From a virus, in the IMG/VR virus record IMGVR_UViG_3300047160_021165, positions 64,589 to 108,914 of that record: 44,326 bases of DNA. The stretch is one strand, 5' to 3'. A program made the position numbers and the translations under genes. The notes under the pieces are model-generated. The model was not told the DNA's origin. It was given only the letters and a program-made list of their open reading frames with translations, and did not search any database. Shown in pieces: positions 1 to 9,698 of this stretch. Each line of letters starts with the position of its first letter. Positions within the stretch are counted from its first letter, which is position 1.

Positions 1-203
1 TGACCGTCTTTATCCCCGCCAATGATCATTACAGTATAAACGGTTTCGGTTGCGCTTTGCCCGGCCCCAGAATCGTTCTTTGGGTTGTCGGTATATATAA
101 CTTCTCGGATTACACCCCTATAAAGGCCGTGATCCCTAAGCAAATACCGGTTATCTCTTACTGGATTGTTTATGGATCTTACTGACCCGTCATTTCTAAT
201 CAT
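1..203 (-). CDS. Baseplate spike / gpV-like protein, N-terminal part (runs off the window)
   Basis: Not in ORF track. ATG at 203 gives MIRNDGSVRSINNPVRDNRYLLRDHGLYRGVIREVIYTDNPKND..., resembling the 'G.YRG.V' OB-fold start of gp5/gpV. Lies directly downstream of the hub gene. Confidence 0.55.
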   Translation of the reverse strand, partial: MIRNDGSVRSINNPVRDNRYLLRDHGLYRGVIREVIYTDNPKNDSGAGQSATETVYTVMIIGGDKDG

Positions 204-209
204 GATCTA

Positions 210-2222
210 TTACCCTAAAGGTGATTTAAGGAATTTTTTGGCTGCACTAATCAAGGAATTCTGGCTTCCATTGTTTCCGTTTTTATCAAATGAATGGAAG
301 GTGTTAGTTTGAATTCCCGGTCTATAGATTGGGCTGCCACCATTTAAGAATGCAGTTGTCATACCACGAGTTACATTCAAGTTCTGAGTCCAGGTAGTAG
401 TGCCATCCCCGTTTACTGTGAAGACGTCTTCATAACCCTCAATGTAAAATACCATATTTCCAATACCTTGGAAACTATCATCGGTTACAATGACTTTACC
501 TAATTTTACGTCGTTTCTACCGTAAATGGTTATAGTACCACTGTAAAAATCCTGATCATTTCCATGCAGATCTTCCATCATATAGTTAGCTTCCAAGATG
601 AACTCTTCCGCTGGACTACCGGTGAAAAACTTACCTATATTGAATAATCCTCCGGAATTTGCCAAAAATGTGGCTACGCTGAGTATCATAGGTTTGAAAC
701 CATTACGTTTTATATTATTCTCGTTGCGTACTGGAAAGCTATACCCCCTAGCTGTGGATAGGGCTGAAATAGTAGAGAAGGCGTTAGTTTGATCTTGCGT
801 ACCTTTTGAGGAGTTAATCAGGAAGAAATTATAACGATTGTGATAATCGGGACCTACATCAAAAGTGAGACATTCTATAGACTGAAGAGGGACAGCGTGA
901 AAAAGTCTTTGATCTGAAGAAAAAGAATCTGCAAAAGTAGAAACTGCAGCCGCTGCTATAGATCCTAAAGAAGATAGGTTAGTTCCTATTGGAACAGGGG
1001 GCAAAACTGGATCAACGGAAGTCAAATCCCTGTACTTCAGCATTGAGGATCCAAATATCGGATAATTAGTCGTATCTAATGCCCATGGTATTGGTCTAAA
1101 AAATAACTTAGGTCTGCCAGAATCACTAAGCTCTGTAAATAATTCGTGAAATTCTGGCTGAGATAAACTCTTCAGTCTATCCCATGCTTTTCCCTCTAAC
1201 CCGGAAAGGGGGCTTGGATCCGGGTTTTCCACTACAGTGGCTCCGAACTCCTTAACATTAGCTATTTCCCCGAAATAACCTGTAGCGGTTATTGGGAAGG
1301 ATAAATCGAGATCATCTGCTAATTGGGTAGGGATTAACCATTGTTCTGGATAAAATGCAGATAAATTTGCGAAGTTGGACAAAACTTTCTTTGGATTTAG
1401 GAACAAATCATGCCATTTATCCAATAAATCAGTAACATTTCGTTGAAATTCAGTAGTGGTAGCATTAATTACGGATTGGGCCGTAGAGTTGTCAGCATTG
1501 TTTGCATTAAACCAAATTTCAGTTTCTTCATAAACTGTCCCAAAATCCCGCCCAGTTATAACATATGTTATTTCTAATGCCCCCTCACTAGTTACAGCGG
1601 ATCGTATACCAACTCTGCTAATAACTCCCATGACTCTCAATTTCTTTCCATCTAATGAAGAGGAATCCACATTTGGTAGAGGTAAAGTTGGTAATGGAAG
1701 GGGTAACAAAGAGCTAACACCTGATGCTATGGCGGATCCGAAATTCGTAGGTATTTGTTTTTTATTAACGAGGCTATTTTCATAAGCATTTAAGGCGATT
1801 TCATCTTTAGTTCTACTAGTTCCAGAGTTCTCTTGTGGTAGATCCAAGGATCCGTCTGACCCCAAATAAATGGTTATCCACTCTCCAGGACGTACGAATC
1901 TAGCCCAGTCGAAAGAGTTGTGAAGTATTATAGAGAATGAACCAGCTGCAGAGTTCATATCTTTGGAATAACTTATGGAAGCTATATGGTTAGATATATC
2001 ATAGGCATTGGATAGCCTTAAAATATAAGGATTTGTAGGAAGAGCTCCCTTTATTTGTTGAGCAAAACCTTTAGATCCACTATCCAAAAGCGGATTGGCC
2101 CATTGATACCAAACCACTTTAGCCTGATCAATTCGATCTATGCGATTATCAGATCCTGGATTTACAGAGTCATTAAATCCCTTACCACTAACTATATTCT
2201 TGGCCTCTTGTAATATATTCAT
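210..2222 (-). CDS. Baseplate hub / tail tip protein
   Basis: 670 aa after the tape measure. Hub-like motifs SYSKDMNSAAGSFSIIL, ITGRDFG, ELFTELSD..PKLFFRP, GTITIYGRNDVKLG, FYIEGYED. Confidence 0.7.
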   Translation of the reverse strand: MNILQEAKNIVSGKGFNDSVNPGSDNRIDRIDQAKVVWYQWANPLLDSGSKGFAQQIKGALPTNPYILRLSNAYDISNHIASISYSKDMNSAAGSFSIILHNSFDWARFVRPGEWITIYLGSDGSLDLPQENSGTSRTKDEIALNAYENSLVNKKQIPTNFGSAIASGVSSLLPLPLPTLPLPNVDSSSLDGKKLRVMGVISRVGIRSAVTSEGALEITYVITGRDFGTVYEETEIWFNANNADNSTAQSVINATTTEFQRNVTDLLDKWHDLFLNPKKVLSNFANLSAFYPEQWLIPTQLADDLDLSFPITATGYFGEIANVKEFGATVVENPDPSPLSGLEGKAWDRLKSLSQPEFHELFTELSDSGRPKLFFRPIPWALDTTNYPIFGSSMLKYRDLTSVDPVLPPVPIGTNLSSLGSIAAAAVSTFADSFSSDQRLFHAVPLQSIECLTFDVGPDYHNRYNFFLINSSKGTQDQTNAFSTISALSTARGYSFPVRNENNIKRNGFKPMILSVATFLANSGGLFNIGKFFTGSPAEEFILEANYMMEDLHGNDQDFYSGTITIYGRNDVKLGKVIVTDDSFQGIGNMVFYIEGYEDVFTVNGDGTTTWTQNLNVTRGMTTAFLNGGSPIYRPGIQTNTFHSFDKNGNNGSQNSLISAAKKFLKSPLG

Positions 2223-2241
2223 CTGATATCCAATCTAAATA

Positions 2242-4290
2242 TTAGCGGAGCATATCTCTGCCAACTTTTGGAGCGCTAGTTGGGCGTAACAAACCTTTTT
2301 CCAGGATTTGGTTGGTTTTTCTTTGCTCTTGAAGCATATGATCCAGGGAAACTCCGTGTCCTGGAGTTGCCGCGACGGCAGCAGCTGGAGCTTGTCCAGA
2401 TGTTTGGGAAGGCTTCATTCCCAAGAAGGATTCAATACTGTTGAGTCCGTTAGATATTGATTTTTTGGCTTTATCTGATGCTCCAGAACCGAATACGGAA
2501 TCTATGGCGCTTTCTGCCTGCCGCCCCGTGACCTTAGCAGCCCCAGAAAGAACCTCCCCTCCTTTGCCAGCAAATATAGCACTCAAAGTTTGATCTAGTT
2601 CGGTAACTCCAGATGTTAAAGTGTTGAATACTCCTGAAGCGGCTTGCCCCAGTTCGAACTTGGCTTGCTCTTGCTTAGCCGCCGTTTTTTCAGTGTTGAG
2701 GGCGATTTTATCCAACTGACTTAGAGCCGCATCTTGCCACTTACCTTCAGGGGTCTTTTGAAGATCTTGTAGATTTTTAATATCCTTGGTATTAGCGGTT
2801 CCGGAGGCTATCTTATCTAGGATGGCTAATACTCTAGTAGCCTCCCCAGCAGTTTGAACTCCGAATGTTTGACCAATGAAACCCAAGCCGGCTTGAGCAC
2901 CCTCTTTAGTTCCAGTATTTATCCTTTGGTGAAACTGATCCAAGATGCTTTTAGCGAAATCTTGACCAAAATTTCCTTTGTTCAAACCCATCTGCTGGAT
3001 CGCATTAAGGCCTAATTGAGCCTCTCTACTACCACTAACTTGCTGCCTCAATGCTCCGAGATCTACACCCTGAAGCCCTTGACGTACAGCAAACTGAGTA
3101 CCTAATATCGTCCCGCCACCCAACCCCCTGCTAGCAGCTGCAGATTGAAAGAAGGAGTTAGCTTCTCCCTGGGACTTAGATATTGCATCGTTGACGGTTT
3201 CTACGGCCTTAGCAGCTGCCTCCGGACTCATGCCGTTTTTGGACAAGGAGGTCATAACTCCGAGCAACTTAGTGGAGTTCATGATTCCATTTTGATTAAG
3301 TGTCGATAGCAATCCAGCAGCAGCCTCTAAATAGTGGGGAACTTGAGATTTATCTAAACCAGAAGTGAAGGCTTTTTCTAGGATAGAGCCTAATTGGCGC
3401 TCAGCAACTTGAGTCCCACCCACTTGTCTGAGTTGTTCTCCAGCTTTAGTTATTTGTCCTGGCTCTACACCCATGCCCCTAGCGGCTGTTAGTAGGTTAC
3501 TGGTGCGTGCGAATTCCCCTGCTGGAGATCTAGCAGTGCCGAAGGCAGAGGCAGCTTCAAGTTGAGTCGGCAATACATCTTGCACTTTAAAGCCAGTTTT
3601 ATTGGCTATATTTTCAGTGTATACTCCCTCTAAAGGGGTTACACCTCTGGCGCTCAATTTTAACAGATCTGGGACTGCCTGTTTAAATGTTTCAAATGCT
3701 TCTGAAGCCCTATTCAATGCCAGAGAAGCTGCAGCAGCGGCTATTGCCAAACCACCTAAAGCTGCGATAGCCGGACCACCCAAGCCTTGAGCCTGTGCAG
3801 CTTTACCAGCCCCTAAACCGGCCTCTCCAACACCAATAGCTTCTCTCACGCCCGGTAGTTGGTTACCCACAGTAGTAGCGGCTCTAGCTGCTGCACCACC
3901 GAATGTGGGTCGGATTACGTTATCATCGCCTAGATTCAGTGTATTTTCGGATCTTTTAAGATTGGAAATGCTTTTCTCAGCATCAGCTATACGTTTTACA
4001 GTATCAAGGCGGGATTTAGATAAAGCGGCTTGTTTGGTTTCGTCACCAGCAGCACTTTTCATTAATTTATCGAAATTAGCCGCTTCTGCTCTCAACTTTT
4101 GAAGCTGAGCAGTCATCTGACTAAGTGCTGAATTTGTTTGACTTTTCAGGAAATCTATAGAGGAATCATCTAGAACTTTGGCACCATTCTTACCAAAAGC
4201 GGTATTAATGGTCTTTTGAAGATCCTCGACGCCTTTGGTGATCTGGCTAAAATCGGCTGAGCCTTGAATATTTATGGTATGTTTTGCCAT
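2242..4290 (-). CDS. Tape measure protein
   Basis: 682 aa, Ala/Gly/Gln-rich and helical. Sits between tail chaperones and hub. Confidence 0.75.
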   Translation of the reverse strand: MAKHTINIQGSADFSQITKGVEDLQKTINTAFGKNGAKVLDDSSIDFLKSQTNSALSQMTAQLQKLRAEAANFDKLMKSAAGDETKQAALSKSRLDTVKRIADAEKSISNLKRSENTLNLGDDNVIRPTFGGAAARAATTVGNQLPGVREAIGVGEAGLGAGKAAQAQGLGGPAIAALGGLAIAAAAASLALNRASEAFETFKQAVPDLLKLSARGVTPLEGVYTENIANKTGFKVQDVLPTQLEAASAFGTARSPAGEFARTSNLLTAARGMGVEPGQITKAGEQLRQVGGTQVAERQLGSILEKAFTSGLDKSQVPHYLEAAAGLLSTLNQNGIMNSTKLLGVMTSLSKNGMSPEAAAKAVETVNDAISKSQGEANSFFQSAAASRGLGGGTILGTQFAVRQGLQGVDLGALRQQVSGSREAQLGLNAIQQMGLNKGNFGQDFAKSILDQFHQRINTGTKEGAQAGLGFIGQTFGVQTAGEATRVLAILDKIASGTANTKDIKNLQDLQKTPEGKWQDAALSQLDKIALNTEKTAAKQEQAKFELGQAASGVFNTLTSGVTELDQTLSAIFAGKGGEVLSGAAKVTGRQAESAIDSVFGSGASDKAKKSISNGLNSIESFLGMKPSQTSGQAPAAAVAATPGHGVSLDHMLQEQRKTNQILEKGLLRPTSAPKVGRDMLR

Positions 4291-4679
4291 TACTTATACT
4301 CATCCTCAAATTCTATCGGGGCAGAATCTTCCTCCTTAATTGTATCCTGTTTCTTAGTCAATTCAGAGGCTTCCATGCTATCGAACCAGTCTAGATCTGC
4401 CTTAGAGGGACCCATACCTAATGTACCGAATTCTTTACGTAATTCTTCATTTTCATCGAACTTAATAGCAAAAAATTCAATAAGAATTTCTTCCTCAGTA
4501 TAGGAGTCCCATACTGGATCATTCCACAATACATTTCGTACCTTACAGATCTGCCATTTAGCAAATGATATGAGAGTCTCTCTATCTAACTCTTCCATAT
4601 CCTTGGGGAGGCCAGTTCTATAGTAAGCAATGTATTTTAAAGCAAAAAATGGATCATTATTCGCTTTTGGAGCTGTCAT
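4290..4679 (-). CDS. Tail assembly chaperone (second)
   Basis: Acidic 129 aa with a 'DPVWDSYTEEEILIEF' motif, immediately upstream of the tape measure. Confidence 0.6.
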   Translation of the reverse strand: MTAPKANNDPFFALKYIAYYRTGLPKDMEELDRETLISFAKWQICKVRNVLWNDPVWDSYTEEEILIEFFAIKFDENEELRKEFGTLGMGPSKADLDWFDSMEASELTKKQDTIKEEDSAPIEFEDEYK

Positions 4680-5085
4680 CTGTTGGCGCCTTTAAAGCTT
4701 TATACCAATTAGACATGGATTTTTGTGCTTGGGAAAAGATTTCTACAGGGATATTCATATCTAAAGTGTCTAAGCCGTAGTCCATGCCTTCTTCTGAGGC
4801 ATCATCGGCTGCATTCGTGAACCATGCTGGGGCTGATTTGAGGGTAACTTTGAGGAATCCTACGGCGTTGTTGATACCAGCAGTAGTTTTATCCAACATT
4901 TCCAAGGGGATACCTTCACTTAAGCGCGCTACTTCTACGCCAATCTTGGACATTTCCCTAACTGTTGGAATAGACACGACAAAATCGCCAGTGTACTGTT
5001 TTCCAGACACCGAACCTTTGATTTTAATTGAGAAGGGAATTTCTTTAGAAGGCAAATTTTTAGGTAAGTTGCTAATACGACTCAT
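4657..5085 (-). CDS. Tail assembly chaperone (first)
   Basis: 142 aa between tube genes and tape measure, with GDFVVSIPTVREMSKIGVEVAR and APAWF motifs. Confidence 0.6.
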   Translation of the reverse strand: MSRISNLPKNLPSKEIPFSIKIKGSVSGKQYTGDFVVSIPTVREMSKIGVEVARLSEGIPLEMLDKTTAGINNAVGFLKVTLKSAPAWFTNAADDASEEGMDYGLDTLDMNIPVEIFSQAQKSMSNWYKALKAPTDDSSKSE

Positions 5086-5133
5086 GATTTGATGGCCTTT
5101 ATCTTTATATCTAAATCTAATTATCTAAAAATA

Positions 5134-5142
5134 ATTATAACA
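5134..5142 (-). promoter_or_regulatory. Late-type extended -10 promoter (TGtTATAAT)
   Basis: Reverse complement reads aTGtTATAAT upstream of the chaperone-tape measure operon. No recognisable -35. Confidence 0.6.
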
Positions 5143-5165
5143 TAACGGGTACTTAAAGGGAAGTC

Positions 5166-5192
5166 TAAAGAAAATCCAGAAAGCTCCGATAG
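5166..5192 (+). promoter_or_regulatory. sigma28-type promoter
   Basis: TAAAG...TCCGATAG with TAAA-N15 spacing. Confidence 0.65.
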
Positions 5193-5200
5193 GGTACAAG

Positions 5201-5312
5201 TAAGTTGATTGTTGTCACCCGGTCAACTTATGGATCCTGGCACTGGATCAAGTTTCATCCGTTGGGGTCATCAGAGTTTTCTCTCCTTTCGCTCTGCTGG
5301 CCCCTTTAGGAG
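5201..5312 (+). ncRNA. Structured 5' leader (three hairpins, possible SD-sequestering pseudoknot)
   Basis: Stems 5201-5211/5220-5230, 5233-5237/5245-5249 and 5264-5276/5292-5304. Loop CTCCT (5283-5287) is complementary to the SD AGGAG (5308-5312). Confidence 0.45.
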
Positions 5313-5317
5313 TTTTT

Positions 5318-6025
5318 ATGGTTCTCTGGGCAATGTTAGTAACAACTCTTACTTGCTTTTTCGTATATATAATAGCGGAAATAGTTACCTTTCTAGCCAA
5401 TAGAAAGAATACTATGATGCCGATCGACGATTCCAAAATGTGCAAAAACCACTTATGGAAAGAATTAAGAATAGTAAATCCAGATGCGGAACCTGGAGCA
5501 GAGGAAGAACGAGTAACTGCATATTGCACAGCTTGTGGATATGTTCCCCAACTAGACGCCATGATGAAACCTAAGAAACTAGCCGAAAACAACGTTCTTA
5601 CTTTCGCTAGGGAAGAAGCTCTAGCCCAAAGAAAAGAATTTGATGATCTTGAGATGGAATTTCTGGAGCTTTTCTTAGGCAATGAAGCCGATTTCACCGC
5701 AGAGGAAAAAGAGCTGGTATCCAAGGGATATAGGGCTCATATGAAATTCATAGATTATGCCCCCCTACTACTGAGCTTGAAGGCTATGTCTAAAGCCTCT
5801 AAAAAGCTAGAGGAAGAGTTTAAAGCTCTGGAAAATTCAGCAGAAGCTGAAGCCCATAGGGAAGCATCGATTGTAAAACAAGAGTTAGAATTGTTGGAAA
5901 TGAACAAACAGATTTCCAAGGAAGAGTATATTCAAAACGTTCTTAAAGATGCTCATGATTTCGATGCATATCTTAAAGAATTGGAGAAAGAAATAGCTAA
6001 ATCCCAAAACCCTGACGAGCCCTAA
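5318..6025 (+). CDS. Hypothetical membrane-anchored protein with zinc ribbon and coiled coil
   Basis: AGGAG RBS, N-terminal hydrophobic helix, CKNHLW...CTACGY, acidic helical C-terminus. Confidence 0.65.
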   Translation: MVLWAMLVTTLTCFFVYIIAEIVTFLANRKNTMMPIDDSKMCKNHLWKELRIVNPDAEPGAEEERVTAYCTACGYVPQLDAMMKPKKLAENNVLTFAREEALAQRKEFDDLEMEFLELFLGNEADFTAEEKELVSKGYRAHMKFIDYAPLLLSLKAMSKASKKLEEEFKALENSAEAEAHREASIVKQELELLEMNKQISKEEYIQNVLKDAHDFDAYLKELEKEIAKSQNPDEP

Positions 6026-6473
6026 AATTCCAGGTACCTTCCCATACGCCTCGGGCATTTAGCTGCCCTGTTCCACCCGCGAATTTACAGCCGTAAGCGG
6101 TGTAGATGGGGGTCTCCCTGTAGCTCGTAATCTGCCCCTGGCTGTTTCTAACCGGGGTGGAATCTACAATCTCTATAATCAATTCGGGCTGAAGCAAGAT
6201 GGATTTAGGATCTTTTAGACTGTCCAAACTATAATCAGCCGCATTGTTGGATACTGATTGGCCGGAAACAGATGCATCTGGAGCTAATTTGATGAAGTTC
6301 AACGTCACAGAACATCTATGGCCGTTTTCTGCGTACTCAATGATCTGAAGATTGTCTAATTGAGGAATTTCTTCTAGACGGTTTTCGTGGGTAACAGATA
6401 CTCCGGCGGCAAAGGCTACTGTATCCCCACCCAATTTTATATTAGCTCTTGCACCGGTAATAACTGCTGCCAT
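5997..6473 (-). CDS. Tail tube protein paralog 2
   Basis: Clearly paralogous to 6555..7052 (VITGARANIKL, CKFAGGTGQLNARGVWEGTWNFRARQGFG). Confidence 0.75.
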   Translation of the reverse strand: MAAVITGARANIKLGGDTVAFAAGVSVTHENRLEEIPQLDNLQIIEYAENGHRCSVTLNFIKLAPDASVSGQSVSNNAADYSLDSLKDPKSILLQPELIIEIVDSTPVRNSQGQITSYRETPIYTAYGCKFAGGTGQLNARGVWEGTWNFRARQGFGI

Positions 6474-6481
6474 TTTGATAC

Positions 6482-6490
6482 CTTATATCA
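6482..6490 (-). promoter_or_regulatory. Late-type extended -10 promoter (TGaTATAAG)
   Basis: Directly after the terminator and just before the tube-2 ATG. Confidence 0.45.
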
Positions 6491-6492
6491 TT

Positions 6493-6535
6493 AAAAAAGC
6501 CGCTTGAGCACCTTTGGGGTATCTTAAGCGGCTTT
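6493..6535 (-). terminator. Rho-independent terminator after tail tube 1
   Basis: AAAGCCGCTTGAG...CTTAAGCGGCTTT inverted repeat with a T-run on the minus strand. Confidence 0.75.
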
Positions 6536-6554
6536 ACGGGTTTCTAAGGATTTA

Positions 6555-7052
6555 TTATAATCCGAAGCCTCTTTGTGCTTGGAATCTCCAAGTACCTTGC
6601 CAAATTCCGCGAGCTTCTAGACGACCAGTTCCACCTTCAAGTTTGCAGTTTTGCATGTAGAAGATAACCGCATCTTTGTTCAAATCATCAACGATTTCAA
6701 CATCAAAGTAAGCTTGTGAACGCATAGCGTCTACGTTGCCGGGGATAACTCCCGTAGCTCCGAAACCTGCAGAAGTATCGATTCCGATAGCAGCCGCTGT
6801 GTTTGGGAAAACTGCACCAGCACCAGCAGGAGTAGGAGCTCCCACTGTAGCTTGTGGGGGAACAGCTTTAAATGTATTGATTGTGAAGTTACATTTATGG
6901 CCAACTTCGGCTAAGTCAGCTCTTTCCAATTGACCAAGAACATCAACATCAGCCAATGTATTTTCTACATCGACATCGATTCCGCTGATGAAGCCAACGA
7001 GTACGCCGTTGATCTTAACTTTGCCTCTGGCTCCCGTCACAACCTGGGACAT
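6555..7052 (-). CDS. Tail tube protein (probably the major one)
   Basis: 165 aa, MSQVVTGARGKVKINGVLVGF, a typical contractile tail tube start. Followed by a terminator. Confidence 0.75.
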   Translation of the reverse strand: MSQVVTGARGKVKINGVLVGFISGIDVDVENTLADVDVLGQLERADLAEVGHKCNFTINTFKAVPPQATVGAPTPAGAGAVFPNTAAAIGIDTSAGFGATGVIPGNVDAMRSQAYFDVEIVDDLNKDAVIFYMQNCKLEGGTGRLEARGIWQGTWRFQAQRGFGL

Positions 7053-7057
7053 AATTA

Positions 7058-7549
7058 TTACTCCTCGAAATTATTACGTTTTCTTGAATTTTCTTCTTTT
7101 GTCAGGATTTGCAAATTACTAGGAACATGCAATCCGCAGACAGTCTTACCCTGTAATGGGATAATATGATCCACTTCATGTATTATACCAGTTTCCCTAG
7201 TCAACTTTCTGGCCAGAGTATAAATCTCTAATATTTTCTTGCGATCTTCAGCAGTTAGCCATTTTGGAGTGGCTTTTAGCCTCGTGGCCCTATAAGTTGC
7301 AATAAATGCAGCTACTTTATCTGCATTTTTCTTCTTATACCTGTGAACAGTAGCCAAGTATTTATCTCTATTTTTCTTCCGCCACTCCCTTTGCTCTGGC
7401 CATCTATTCCTCTTGGGCGTCCTAGCGTCTACTAATCTTCTACAAGGGGTACATTCTGGTCTCAACCCCGTAGAATGTTTACTAGCTTTCCCAAAGAATT
7501 CCGCCAGTTTATACTCCTTGCACTTAGAACAGACTTTGCCCTCGACCAC
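7058..7549 (-). CDS. HNH homing endonuclease
   Basis: N-terminal CSKC..CTPC zinc finger; C-terminal HEVDHIIPLQGKTVCGLHVPSNLQILTKEEN. Confidence 0.9.
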   Translation of the reverse strand: MVEGKVCSKCKEYKLAEFFGKASKHSTGLRPECTPCRRLVDARTPKRNRWPEQREWRKKNRDKYLATVHRYKKKNADKVAAFIATYRATRLKATPKWLTAEDRKKILEIYTLARKLTRETGIIHEVDHIIPLQGKTVCGLHVPSNLQILTKEENSRKRNNFEE

Positions 7550-7552
7550 GAT

Positions 7553-8095
7553 CTACTCTTCCCCACCACTGAGAACATCAGCCAGGCTGGAATTGAAAAG
7601 CAGCCCATATAGACCAGGATTATCAATAGGTTGATTTTGGAAAAGAATCCTATCTTTAGTGTAGATAGCGTATTCTTCCCCATTATCACCCAAAAATATG
7701 AATTGATCTAGAGACTTATTCAGGTGTTTGAAGGTAAGGGCAGTGCCAGCAGGGATAGTTTCCATAACCTCTTGGAAAGAACCAATATTTTGGGATTGGC
7801 TAGGTTTGGAAGCGTAGAAGCCGTCATCCTCTTCGCTCTTGGTCAAGCCGCCTAGAGTTTCAGTAGCATTTTGGATATTAGCTTTTAATATTATTGGAGT
7901 TTTTGATGTCATAGCCTTGATTAATTCTTGTTTCAAGATAGGCATAGCTTTTTTAAGAAAATCTTGTTGATTTTCTTGAGCTTCTAGGCGTTCGTGAGCC
8001 TTCTGGAAAAGCTCCTTGCTAGTCATTTGCCCATGGGCTTTGCGGCGGCGATCGTCGAAGCCACCTTTATAGTATTTGTTCCAGTCTATAGCCAT
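7553..8095 (-). CDS. Hypothetical late protein (probable virion/internal protein)
   Basis: Start reassigned to MAIDWNKYY at 8095 (AAGGA RBS, late promoter at 8124-8132). Several hydrophobic-x-K-[AS] motifs. Confidence 0.6.
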   Translation of the reverse strand: MAIDWNKYYKGGFDDRRRKAHGQMTSKELFQKAHERLEAQENQQDFLKKAMPILKQELIKAMTSKTPIILKANIQNATETLGGLTKSEEDDGFYASKPSQSQNIGSFQEVMETIPAGTALTFKHLNKSLDQFIFLGDNGEEYAIYTKDRILFQNQPIDNPGLYGLLFNSSLADVLSGGEE

Positions 8096-8123
8096 TAGTA
8101 GATCCTTAACCTGGTTTACTAAA

Positions 8124-8132
8124 AGTATATCA
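8124..8132 (-). promoter_or_regulatory. Late-type extended -10 promoter (TGaTATACT)
   Basis: Upstream of the 8095 ORF-HNH-tube operon. Confidence 0.55.
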
Positions 8133-8174
8133 TACGATAAAAGGCTTGGCATTTCGGGGTTTTATTAGAAAAAT

Positions 8175-8202
8175 TAAAGGTTTCGGCTTTGAAAACCGAT
8201 AG
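8175..8202 (+). promoter_or_regulatory. sigma28-type promoter
   Basis: TAAAGGTTT...ACCGATAG, TAAA-N16. Confidence 0.7.
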
Positions 8203-8211
8203 ATATCTACA

Positions 8212-9654
8212 ATGTTTATGGAGGATTCCGCATTGGAGAAGTTATTAAGCCCGATACAAGCGTTTAAATTGAGATATTTCCCCCTCTTAATGGTTTACTT
8301 TACCAGGGGATTTATTGCTCTAACAGCCGTAACTTCTACCTTCTTTATGAAGGATAAAATTTCCCTTAGTGCTGCAGAATTGATAACTTTGGGGATCTGG
8401 ACTGGCTTGCCTTGGTCTATCAAAATCGTATTCGGATCTTTCATAGATGGAATTCCTATTCTTGGTAATCACCGTAAATCCTACATTTATTTGGGTAATT
8501 TTCTTATACTTTTATCCTGCGTTGGGATGGTGGATCATGCATCTACCCAGATTCTATTCAACCATCTAGGCCAATTCGGAGGTCTTCTGGTTACTGGGCT
8601 CCTAGCCACCACTGGAACCGTTGTAGCTGGAATTATTGCCAGTACCATGGCTATAGAATTAGTGGATAAAGCTGGAAACGTAGACGAGGAATTGGGGAAT
8701 ATTCAAGTTTTGACCCAAATAGCCCTCGCAATCGGGTCACTGGGTGCGGCAGCAGTCACAGGTTATCTGGCTGCCCACTTCGCAACAGCTACAGTATTCG
8801 GCTTAGCGGCTGTTTGCCCGATCATTTCTATAGTGTCTACGGCAGCTGTCAAACTAAATGAACCAGAACACGTTTCTGTGCTGAATAAGCCTCTAATCAC
8901 AGCCGGCTTGATATATGCTGTCGTTTGCGTGCTTTGTGGGCTCTATTTGGCTGGATACGCTCAACCGGTGATCTTTTGCCTTAGTTTGACCGTTATTTCC
9001 AGCCTAATGTACTGGGTTACTAAATCCATGCCTCGAGATGCAAGAATTACTTTCTATCTCTCCATGGTAGCTATCTTCTTGTTCAGAACGGCTCCAGGAG
9101 CTGGTCCAAGTCTTTCTTGGTACTACATTAACAAGCTCGGGTTCGACGAAGAATTCCTTGGATTGCTGAGCCTTACCGGATCTTTGTTCTCCTTGGGGAT
9201 TTTATGGTTCTTCATGGACTATATGGCCAAATCTAATATCCCCAAAATATTGACCTATTTGACTATCTTAGCTACAATTCTCTCATTACCGGATATCATG
9301 GTATACTACCATATACATGAAATGATTGGGATTTCTGCTCGTCACTTGATCCTGATCGATAGCGCAGCAGCTACAGCCATTGCTGAGTTATCCATGATCC
9401 CACTGGGAGTTGTAATAGCCAAAAGCGCTCCTCCGGAACAAAGAGCCATTTATATCAGTTTAACGGCCTCTTTAATGAACCTAGCCCTAGTATTCAGCGA
9501 TCTTTTAACGAAGCAACTGAATACTATATTTGTAGTTACGAGAGAAGATTTCAGCCAATTGGGTCAATTACTGATCTGGAGTTTGATTCTCTCAACAGGA
9601 CTAAGTATTTTAGGCTTGGTAGTCCTGAAAATCAACGAGCTCAGAAGAGCTTAA
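8212..9654 (+). CDS. Folate-biopterin transporter (BT1 family, MFS)
   Basis: About 12 TM helices with BT1 motifs LPWSIKIVFGSFIDGIPILGNHRKSY, IFLFRTAPGAGP and ISLTASLMNLAL. The true start may be TTG 8233 (GGAGG RBS). Confidence 0.85.
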   Translation: MFMEDSALEKLLSPIQAFKLRYFPLLMVYFTRGFIALTAVTSTFFMKDKISLSAAELITLGIWTGLPWSIKIVFGSFIDGIPILGNHRKSYIYLGNFLILLSCVGMVDHASTQILFNHLGQFGGLLVTGLLATTGTVVAGIIASTMAIELVDKAGNVDEELGNIQVLTQIALAIGSLGAAAVTGYLAAHFATATVFGLAAVCPIISIVSTAAVKLNEPEHVSVLNKPLITAGLIYAVVCVLCGLYLAGYAQPVIFCLSLTVISSLMYWVTKSMPRDARITFYLSMVAIFLFRTAPGAGPSLSWYYINKLGFDEEFLGLLSLTGSLFSLGILWFFMDYMAKSNIPKILTYLTILATILSLPDIMVYYHIHEMIGISARHLILIDSAAATAIAELSMIPLGVVIAKSAPPEQRAIYISLTASLMNLALVFSDLLTKQLNTIFVVTREDFSQLGQLLIWSLILSTGLSILGLVVLKINELRRA

Positions 9655-9698
9655 GGAGTTTTAACGGAGAAATCCTGTTCTAATTAGGGAGGTGTGCT

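Noticed and set aside
4657-4700. Programmed -1 frameshift between the tail chaperones (T TTA AAG slippery heptamer on the minus strand)
   Set aside because: The -1 frame hits TGA within a few codons. The downstream chaperone is in the +1 frame and has its own ATG.
5248-5724. Minus-strand 158-aa ORF
   Set aside because: Ser-rich shadow of the plus-strand gene 5318..6025, which has a promoter and RBS.
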